17,711 nucleotides of DNA from Patescibacteria group bacterium (GTDB lineage Bacteria; Patescibacteriota; Minisyncoccia; Minisyncoccales; 2-12-FULL-40-12), in contig JBBTXV010000018.1 in assembly GCA_038062035.1 (NCBI GenBank), positions 5,621-23,331 on the forward strand. The letters are read 5' to 3'. Positions 1-6,628 of this stretch are shown piece after piece. The position numbers and the translations under genes are program-made. The notes under the pieces are model-generated. The model saw nothing but the letters and a program-made list of their open reading frames with translations, was not told the DNA's origin and did no database searches. How positions within the stretch are numbered: the first letter of the stretch is position 1; each line of letters opens with the position of its first letter.

Positions 1-2465
1 CGGGAATCCCTAATTTAGCAGAAGCAGAATATAAGAATATCCAAGAGGAAAAACCAGAAAGAAATCTTAGGCAAGAAGTAATCTTAAACGAAGAAAAAGA
101 AAGATTGGAGCCCATAAGAAAAGCTGAGGAGGCCCTAAAAATAATTGATGAAGAAAAAAGATTGGAGGAAATAAAAAGAATTCAAGAGGAAGAAAAAACA
201 AGGTTATTAGAAGAAGGAAAAAGGAAAGAAGAAATGGTCAAAAAAGCCAGGGAAGAGGCTGCTAAAAAGGTAGTGCAAGAAGCAAGGGAAAGATTGGAAA
301 AAATAAGAATGGAAAAAGAAGGAATACTTTTAGCGCAAGAAGAAGGAACAAAGAAAAGCCGAGAGAAAATTGAGCTTAAAACAGAAAAATTTTCCCTAGA
401 AAAAGAACTTCAAGAACTTTCAGAAAAGAAAAAGCCCTTGGAAAGGGAAGCAGAGGAAATATTAAAAGAAGAAGAACAGCTTAAAACTCATTTAGAAAGT
501 ATTTTAGTAAAAGAAAGAGAAGCAGAAAAAGAAGAGAAAAACATTGAAGGCAAAGAAAGGTTAGCGGCAACCCCGCAAGAGAAAAAAGAGCTGGAAACTC
601 AAAGATGGGCAAGTGAAGAAAAAAGGAAAAGAGTAGAAAAAGAAAGATGGGAAAAAGAAGAAAAAATAAATGAATTAAAAAAACACATAGAAAACGCTGG
701 ATTTAACATCCAGGAAGTTGAGGAAAAAGAAAGAGAAATAAAAAGAAAGCAAAAGGAAATCGCCCAAAGAGAAAGAATAATCGGAGCAGAAGAAGAAAAA
801 GAAGTCCTGGAAAGAGAACTTCAGGTTATATCAGAAAAAAAACAGCCCTTGGCATCAGAAAGGTCCCAGATTTTAGAAAAAGAACGTCAGTGTAAAAAAA
901 ACTTAAGGGATGTTTTAGACGAAGAACAAAGTATAGAAAGGGAGGAGGGCATAATTGAAGAAAAAGAAAATACAGCGACTGCCCCCGAAGAAAAAAAGGA
1001 ATTAGAAACTCAAAGATGGGCAATTGAAGAAAAAAGGAGGATGATAGAAAAAGAAAGATGGGAAAAAGAAGAAGAACTAAGCAAGATAAAAAAGGAGGTT
1101 GAAACGTACAATTTAAAGCACCAAAAAATCGTAGAAAGGGAAAGAGAGCTTCAAACAAAAATCGAAGAAATTAATCAGCTAATGGGGTTTGAAAAAAAAG
1201 CAGTGAAAAAAGGGACAGAATTCTCCGCCCACAATAAAAGCTATGAGAAACCAACTCAAACATTAAAAGAAAATGAGGAGCAAAAACAAAGCCAAAAACC
1301 AAATCAACCTTATCTGGAAGATATTAAAAAACAAGAAGAAATGGACGTTTTGAAGTTACAAAGAGAAGAGGAAGCAAGAAGACAAAGAGAGGAACAAAGA
1401 AAAAGGCAAGAACAAAAAGAATTAGAAGAATTCAAAAAATCTGAAATGAGCTTGCCGGGAAAAAAATGGATGGGGGAACCAGAAGAACAAAAAGAGAAAA
1501 ACGAAAGAGAAGAAAATATCAAAAGAAAAATATCTGAACTGCAAAATAAAGAAGAGATAGAAAGAAAAGAATTCTTGAAAAGAATTCGAGAAGAAAAGTC
1601 AAGGCAAGAGATATCTGCAATCTCCCCCCTTTCCCCATCTCAACCAATCGAAATCATTCGACCAATAAGAGAAAAGTCTTCCACCTTCGGAAAATTCTTC
1701 ACAAGACTCTTAGCTTTTATTTTAATAATCTCAATTTTGGCAGGTATTTCTTTTCTAATTTACTGGTTCTTTTTCCTCAGAAAGCCACCCCCGCCCCCAC
1801 CGACTATAATTTTAAAGTATTGTGAATTAGAAAATAAAGACATTTCAGAAAACGAATGGTCAAAAGAAAAGTGCGTACCGCCCCCTGAAATAACTATTCC
1901 CCGACCTAAGGTTGCTTATGATTTTATCAAAGATCTTGAAATCGCTGAGGAACAGGAAATTCCTCTTCGTTTAGCTGATCTTTTAGCCGGAGATTTAGAA
2001 AAAAATAAGACTTACTGGATCATAATAAAAGATACGAAAAAAAGAGAAGTTCCAAGTCTAGAAACTTTTTTGAAAGTTTTTCAAACTAAAACACCGGAAG
2101 GATTTTATGATAAATTAAATCCGGCTTTTACCTTATTCCTTTATTCCCAAGAACAAGGTAAAAGATTAGGCTTTATAGCTGAAATTAAAGAGGAGCATAA
2201 AGAGAGCTTTAGATCAGCTGTAAGGTTCTGGGAAGACACAATGGAAAATGATTTAGGACAATTCTTCGCTCTTCAAGGCAAAGAAGGGCCAGCCTTAAAG
2301 GAAAACTTTGGAAGGATTGCCTTTCGTAGTCTTGATATCAGATGCCAAACCTTCACCGAAAAAGATTTTGGGAGTTGCTACACTATAAGCAACAATTACT
2401 TTATTTTTACGCTCTCTCTTGAAAGCATGCAAAAAGCAATTGAAAATCTTCGTTTTGAACCGTAA
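1..2465 (+). CDS. E/K-rich coiled-coil membrane protein, 5'-partial; the frame is open to the window edge and the TTG at 105 is not the true start. Cytoplasmic charged coiled-coil, one TM helix, a poly-Pro linker, then a ~290-aa extracytoplasmic C-terminal domain of unknown function.
   Basis: The frame is open from nt 3 with no upstream stop. There are ~500 aa of E/K/R-rich heptad-like sequence, then one hydrophobic segment (FFTRLLAFILIISILAGISFLIYWFFFL) followed by PPPPPPP, then a mixed-composition globular C-terminus with 4 Cys. The stop is at 2463-2465. Confidence 0.6.
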   Translation, partial: GIPNLAEAEYKNIQEEKPERNLRQEVILNEEKERLEPIRKAEEALKIIDEEKRLEEIKRIQEEEKTRLLEEGKRKEEMVKKAREEAAKKVVQEARERLEKIRMEKEGILLAQEEGTKKSREKIELKTEKFSLEKELQELSEKKKPLEREAEEILKEEEQLKTHLESILVKEREAEKEEKNIEGKERLAATPQEKKELETQRWASEEKRKRVEKERWEKEEKINELKKHIENAGFNIQEVEEKEREIKRKQKEIAQRERIIGAEEEKEVLERELQVISEKKQPLASERSQILEKERQCKKNLRDVLDEEQSIEREEGIIEEKENTATAPEEKKELETQRWAIEEKRRMIEKERWEKEEELSKIKKEVETYNLKHQKIVERERELQTKIEEINQLMGFEKKAVKKGTEFSAHNKSYEKPTQTLKENEEQKQSQKPNQPYLEDIKKQEEMDVLKLQREEEARRQREEQRKRQEQKELEEFKKSEMSLPGKKWMGEPEEQKEKNEREENIKRKISELQNKEEIERKEFLKRIREEKSRQEISAISPLSPSQPIEIIRPIREKSSTFGKFFTRLLAFILIISILAGISFLIYWFFFLRKPPPPPPTIILKYCELENKDISENEWSKEKCVPPPEITIPRPKVAYDFIKDLEIAEEQEIPLRLADLLAGDLEKNKTYWIIIKDTKKREVPSLETFLKVFQTKTPEGFYDKLNPAFTLFLYSQEQGKRLGFIAEIKEEHKESFRSAVRFWEDTMENDLGQFFALQGKEGPALKENFGRIAFRSLDIRCQTFTEKDFGSCYTISNNYFIFTLSLESMQKAIENLRFEP
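400..1080 (+). repeat. Imperfect in-frame tandem duplication inside the coiled-coil gene: two ~270-bp units (~400-665 and ~808-1080) with a period of ~408 bp
   Basis: The protein segments EKELQELSEKKKPLEREAEEILKEEEQLKTHL...KKELETQRWASEEKRKRVEKERWEKEE and ERELQVISEKKQPLASERSQILEKERQCKKNL...KKELETQRWAIEEKRRMIEKERWEKEE align residue for residue. The DNA 583-662 versus 993-1078 is near-identical. Confidence 0.65.
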
Positions 2466-2468
2466 TTT

Positions 2469-2828
2469 ATGATAAAGAAATTGTTTATTAAAAAATTAAA
2501 AGAGGGATTAGAAAAAGAAAAAGACCGAGTTGAAGCTTCCCTTCAAGGTTTTGCCAAAAAAGATAGAAAACTTAAAGGAGATTGGGACGTTCCCTTTCCA
2601 AAATTAAGTCATAGTAATTTAGAAGATGAAGCTGAAGAAGTTGAAGAATATGAAGCTTTATTGCCGATTGAATATAGCTTAGAAAACCGGCTTAAAGATA
2701 TAAACTCAGCTTTGGAAAAAATAAAAAAGGGGAGATACGGTAAATGCGAAAATTGCCAAAATCCTATTCAAATTGAACGACTTAAAGCTGCTCCTGAAGC
2801 TCGTTTCTGCCTTAAATGTAAACACTAA
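2469..2828 (+). CDS. TraR/DksA-family C4-type zinc-finger protein
   Basis: The C-terminus reads GRYGKCENCQNPIQIERLKAAPEARFCLKCKH, i.e. CxxC-x17-CxxC preceded by a charged helical N-terminus, which is the zf-dksA/traR architecture. The start is 4 nt after the upstream gene's stop. Confidence 0.75.
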   Translation: MIKKLFIKKLKEGLEKEKDRVEASLQGFAKKDRKLKGDWDVPFPKLSHSNLEDEAEEVEEYEALLPIEYSLENRLKDINSALEKIKKGRYGKCENCQNPIQIERLKAAPEARFCLKCKH

Positions 2829-2840
2829 AAATCTTTTATT

Positions 2841-4406
2841 GTGCCTTCTAAAATATACTCAGCAGCCACTATTGGTCTTGACGCCCAAACTGTTGAAGTT
2901 GAAGTAGATTGCAGTTATGGCCTTCGTTCTTTCACTATTGTGGGATTACCAGATAAGGCCGTTGAAGAGTCAAAAGAAAGAGTAGCCAGCGCAATCAAAA
3001 GCATAAAACTTTCTCCGCCTCACCATCAACCTCGCCGCGTTTTAGTCAATTTGGCGCCAGCTGACCTCAAAAAAGAAGGTTCTCTTTACGATTTGCCAAT
3101 TGCTTTGGGCTTTCTTTTATCTTCAAAACAGATAAAATTTGATCCTGAAGGAAAAATCTTCTTGGGAGAATTAGCTTTAGATGGAAGATTAAGGCCAATT
3201 AAAGGGGCTTTATCTATTTCTCTTTTTGCCCAAAAAAAATTTAAGGAGATAATCTTGCCAGAAGAAAATTCAAAAGAGGCTGCCTTGGCTACTTTAAAGA
3301 ATTCTGGGAAAGAACAAATTGACTTTAAGGTAATTGGCATTGCAAATTTAAAAGAAGCGATTGATTATTTAGAAGGGAAAAAACAAATATCGCCTCAAAA
3401 AATAAATTCCGGGGAACTTTTTAAGGAAACCGACTTTTCTTTTGATTTAGGTTTCATCAAAGGCCAAGAATACGCTAAAAGAGCCCTGGAAATTACAGCA
3501 GCTGGCGGCCACAACCTCTTGATGTCAGGACCGCCTGGCGCTGGAAAAACCCTCCTATCTAAAGCCATTCCTTCTCTTTTACCCTCGCTTTCTTTTGAAG
3601 AATCTTTAGAGGTCACCAAAATTTATAGCATCGCTGGTCTTTTAGCCGAAGGGCAATCCTTGATCAATCTCAGGCCTTTTCGTAATCCTCATCATACTAC
3701 TTCAGAAGTAGCTTTAATTGGCGGAGGAAATCCTCCCAGGCCCGGCGAAATAACTCTGGCTCACCGGGGAATTCTTTTTTTGGACGAGTTTCCTGAATTT
3801 CATCGCGACGTCCTGGAAAGCCTGCGCCAACCCATTGAAGAAGGAAAAATCACCATTGCCAGAGCAAGACACTCTTTAACATTGCCAGCCAGGTTTACTT
3901 TAATCGCTGCCACTAATCCTTGCCCTTGCGGCTATCTTCAAGACTCGGAAAAAAATTGCACCTGTACCAGTTCCCAAGTCCAAATGTATAAAAGAAAATT
4001 ATCTGGCCCTTTAATGGACAGAATTGACCTTACCATTGAAGTTCCAAAATTAAAATACGAAAAATTGATAGCTTCAGGCGAAGAAAGTGAAAGCCAAAAA
4101 ATAAGATTAAGAGTAGAAAAATCAAGGGCAATCCAAGGAAAAAGATTTGGGAATGACAATACTGAAAGAAAAGATAAAATATTAGTGAATGCTGAAATGG
4201 GACTGCCCGAAATAAAAAAATACTGCCAAATAGACAGTAATTCTCAAGGCCTTTTAAAAAAGTACGTTGATTCAGGATTTCTTTCGGCTCGCGGCTACCA
4301 TCGAGTTTTAAAAGTAGCCAGAACTATTGCCGATTTGGATAATTCTGAAAACATCGGCTATCGCCATCTCTCAGAAGCATTAATCTATAGGATAAGAGAA
4401 GGATAA
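2841..4406 (+). CDS. comM: YifB/ComM-family Mg-chelatase-like AAA+ ATPase, GTG start
   Basis: There is an N-terminal Lon/ChlI-like domain (TIVGLPDKAVEESKERV). The Walker A motif is LLMSGPPGAGKTLL and the Walker B region is GILFLDEFPEF. The sensor region ATNPCPCGY with Cys pairs is typical of YifB/ComM. Confidence 0.9.
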   Translation: MPSKIYSAATIGLDAQTVEVEVDCSYGLRSFTIVGLPDKAVEESKERVASAIKSIKLSPPHHQPRRVLVNLAPADLKKEGSLYDLPIALGFLLSSKQIKFDPEGKIFLGELALDGRLRPIKGALSISLFAQKKFKEIILPEENSKEAALATLKNSGKEQIDFKVIGIANLKEAIDYLEGKKQISPQKINSGELFKETDFSFDLGFIKGQEYAKRALEITAAGGHNLLMSGPPGAGKTLLSKAIPSLLPSLSFEESLEVTKIYSIAGLLAEGQSLINLRPFRNPHHTTSEVALIGGGNPPRPGEITLAHRGILFLDEFPEFHRDVLESLRQPIEEGKITIARARHSLTLPARFTLIAATNPCPCGYLQDSEKNCTCTSSQVQMYKRKLSGPLMDRIDLTIEVPKLKYEKLIASGEESESQKIRLRVEKSRAIQGKRFGNDNTERKDKILVNAEMGLPEIKKYCQIDSNSQGLLKKYVDSGFLSARGYHRVLKVARTIADLDNSENIGYRHLSEALIYRIREG

Positions 4407-4407
4407 A

Positions 4408-5553
4408 TTATCTATTAAAAGGATTACTAGCTCCCTTGACTTCAAAATGAAGGTGGCAACCAGTCGTTTTTCCGGTATTTCCTATTGTTCCAATTTGCTC
4501 ACCTGCTGAAACTATTTGTCCTGACTGAACCAAAACGGATCCAAGATGATAATAAGCAGTAACCACTTGGTTAGGATGAATAACAGAAATGCTGTTGCCC
4601 GCTCCAGCATTCCAACCGCCAGCCTTAGCCCTTACGATTTCTCCCCCGGCTGCAGCAAAAACAGGCCTGCCGCAACTATTTCCTCCAGGATGAGTCAAAT
4701 CTACGGCATTATACCAATGCAAACCCTGGCTGATTGTATAAGGAGAAGCCAAAGGAAGAATAAAGTAACTGGAGGGAAGAGATATTTGGTTTGGCGAGGA
4801 AGGATTTACGAACTTTTGCTGCTTTTTTGAAGGCGGGGGCATTATGCCATCGGGAATAATTAAAATATCGCCAATATAAATATCGCCCTCGCTTTCCAAT
4901 TCGTTAAAAGCGACGATCTTGCCAATATCGCTTTTATAATTTTTAGCAATCTGGCTTAAAGTTTCTCCTTTTTTAACGTAGTGTAAAATTCCAGAAACCG
5001 GCAAAATAATTAAAGCTTGGCCAGATTTCAGTTTGGATTTTTTGGTCAGGTTATTAGCCCAAATTAAGGTTTCCAAAGAAATACCAAATTTTTCAGCCAC
5101 TGAGACCAAGGTATCGTCCTCTCTGAGGGTATACTCGATAACCTCTTTTCTCAGACTTGATTCAATCCCTTGTCCTGTCAAAACACCAAAGCTATGAGAC
5201 AAAACCATAACTGGGGAAGAAACAGCCATTATGCTGTCTTTTTGAACCAAAACAAGATCTGAAGAATTGTCAAAAGAATTAGGGCCTAAAACAGAAAGAG
5301 ATGAAGTCAAAACAGGCTGATTGATTCCGTCAAAAGAAGAATCTCCTGGCGCATTTGAAATTTGGGCCTGGAGATTTTTGGTTAAAAGAGAAGAATCTAA
5401 GTTTTCTGAAAAAACAATGGGCCTAAAAGCTAAAGCCAATAACGAAATCGCTAAAATTAACCCAAAAAGGAGAAAAGGGTCTTTGAGAGATCCCTTTTTT
5501 TGTTCGTAGATTCGGCGAATTACCTTTTTGAACTTGGCTCCAAAGGAGCTCAA
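4408..5553 (-). CDS. Membrane-anchored peptidoglycan hydrolase with two LysM domains and a C-terminal M23 (LytM-type) metallopeptidase; TTG start
   Basis: There is an N-terminal TM helix (FLLFGLILAISLLALAF). The two LysM-like segments are YTLREDDTLVSVAEKFGISLETLIWAN and HYVKKGETLSQIAKNYKSDIGKIVAFN. The M23 motifs are HWYNAVD...HPGG and GCHLHFEV. The start codon is TTG (plus-strand CAA at 5551-5553) and the first in-frame ATG lies >100 codons downstream. Confidence 0.85.
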   Translation of the reverse strand: MSSFGAKFKKVIRRIYEQKKGSLKDPFLLFGLILAISLLALAFRPIVFSENLDSSLLTKNLQAQISNAPGDSSFDGINQPVLTSSLSVLGPNSFDNSSDLVLVQKDSIMAVSSPVMVLSHSFGVLTGQGIESSLRKEVIEYTLREDDTLVSVAEKFGISLETLIWANNLTKKSKLKSGQALIILPVSGILHYVKKGETLSQIAKNYKSDIGKIVAFNELESEGDIYIGDILIIPDGIMPPPSKKQQKFVNPSSPNQISLPSSYFILPLASPYTISQGLHWYNAVDLTHPGGNSCGRPVFAAAGGEIVRAKAGGWNAGAGNSISVIHPNQVVTAYYHLGSVLVQSGQIVSAGEQIGTIGNTGKTTGCHLHFEVKGASNPFNR

Positions 5554-5791
5554 GGATTTTTTAAGTGGTCTAAGAATAATTTTTGAGTTTTATTTTGCTC
5601 TCGACCTACTTATACGATAAGGATCACCCAAGAGCAATCCACTCTTTTAAGTTTAACAACCACTCAAGGGAAGTCAAGCATGTTATCCACAATTTTAAAA
5701 AGTGCTAAACCCCGCTAAAAGTCACTATTCTACACCTTGTTAAGGGTCCAAACGACTGGTACTAAGATTTCTAACAGGGTAAAATGAAAGA
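5554..5791. other. Unusually long (238 bp) divergent intergenic region between the M23 peptidase and rsmA. It contains a TAAAAT -10-like hexamer ~7 nt upstream of the rsmA ATG. It is a candidate for divergent promoters and/or a small RNA.
   Basis: No ORF longer than 30 codons is present. Every other spacer in the window is 0-25 bp. The TAAAAT is at 5779-5784. I did not find a tRNA cloverleaf. Confidence 0.3.
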
Positions 5792-6628
5792 ATGGAACTT
5801 GCTTCGTTAAGAGAAATAAAAAAGATACTCCAAAAAAACCGAACTTCTCCCTCAAAGGGCTTGGGTCAGAATTTTCTAATCAGTCGAACAGCTCTAAGTC
5901 AGTTAATTGGGGCTGCCGAGCTAAAAAGAGAAGATACCGTCCTGGAAATTGGGCCGGGAATCGGAGTTTTAACCTTAGAATTAGCCAAAAGAGTAAAAAA
6001 ATTAATTGCCGTAGAAAAAGACCGAAAAATGTGCCAAATTCTAAAAGAAACTTTGGAAGCTTATAAAAATTTGGAAATTATCAACGCTGATATTTTAAAA
6101 TTTAACCATAATAACTATAAACTAATAACTAAAAACTATAAACTGGTAGCAAATCTTCCTTATTACATTACATCACCTGTAATAAGAAAGTTCTTGGAAG
6201 TTGAAAAACCGCCTGATTTAATGGTTTTAATCGTGCAAAAAGAAGTCGCTCAAAGAATTTGCGCCAAGCCGCCCAAGCTCAATCTTCTGGCGGTCTCCGT
6301 TCAATTGTATGCCAATCCTAAGATTATCTCTTTTGTTCCGAAAAATTCTTTCTGGCCCAAACCCAAGGTTGATGGAGCAATCATTCAAATTACGCAAATA
6401 AAAAAAGATGGAAAAATAGATAATCAAACATTTTTTAAAATCGTGAAAGCAGGATTTTCCCAGCCAAGAAAACAAATTATTAACAACTTGTCTAAAAGGT
6501 TAAAATTAAATAAGATGCAAGCCGAATCTTGGTTAAAATCTTGTAAAATCGAACCTGAACAAAGGGCTGAAACATTAAGCTTATCTGATTGGATTCTGTT
6601 AACAGAAAAATTTGCTATAATAAAATAA
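5792..6628 (+). CDS. rsmA: 16S rRNA (adenine1518/1519-N6)-dimethyltransferase RsmA/KsgA
   Basis: The N-terminal GQNFL motif is present. The SAM-binding motif is LEIGPGIGVLT, the NLPYYITSPVI motif is present, and the C-terminus is helical. The stop TAA at 6626-6628 overlaps the next ATG. Confidence 0.9.
   Translation: MELASLREIKKILQKNRTSPSKGLGQNFLISRTALSQLIGAAELKREDTVLEIGPGIGVLTLELAKRVKKLIAVEKDRKMCQILKETLEAYKNLEIINADILKFNHNNYKLITKNYKLVANLPYYITSPVIRKFLEVEKPPDLMVLIVQKEVAQRICAKPPKLNLLAVSVQLYANPKIISFVPKNSFWPKPKVDGAIIQITQIKKDGKIDNQTFFKIVKAGFSQPRKQIINNLSKRLKLNKMQAESWLKSCKIEPEQRAETLSLSDWILLTEKFAIIK

Noticed and set aside
826-1522. Minus-strand ORFs 826-1158 and 1310-1522 (F/L/S-rich)
   Set aside because: They are the antisense of the GAA/AAA-rich coiled-coil coding sequence. 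Their composition is the mirror image of the sense-strand E/K repeats, so they are low-complexity artefacts.
3086-4159. Short minus-strand ORFs inside the ComM gene (3086-3340, 3395-3619, 3938-4159)
   Set aside because: They lie fully within a high-confidence conserved CDS on the other strand and have no motifs or RBS, so they are chance ORFs.
5554-5791. Possible tRNA in the long intergenic region
   Set aside because: I could not find a GTTCRANTC T-loop or an acceptor/anticodon stem arrangement on either strand by eye. I keep the region only as a low-confidence ncRNA/regulatory candidate.
6589-6627. The tracked upstream start (MDSVNRKICYNKI) for the 844-aa ORF
   Set aside because: It would overlap rsmA by 40 nt and place 13 residues before an otherwise textbook signal peptide. 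The ATG at 6628 (MPKR...) fits the signal-peptide geometry and the TAATG coupling.
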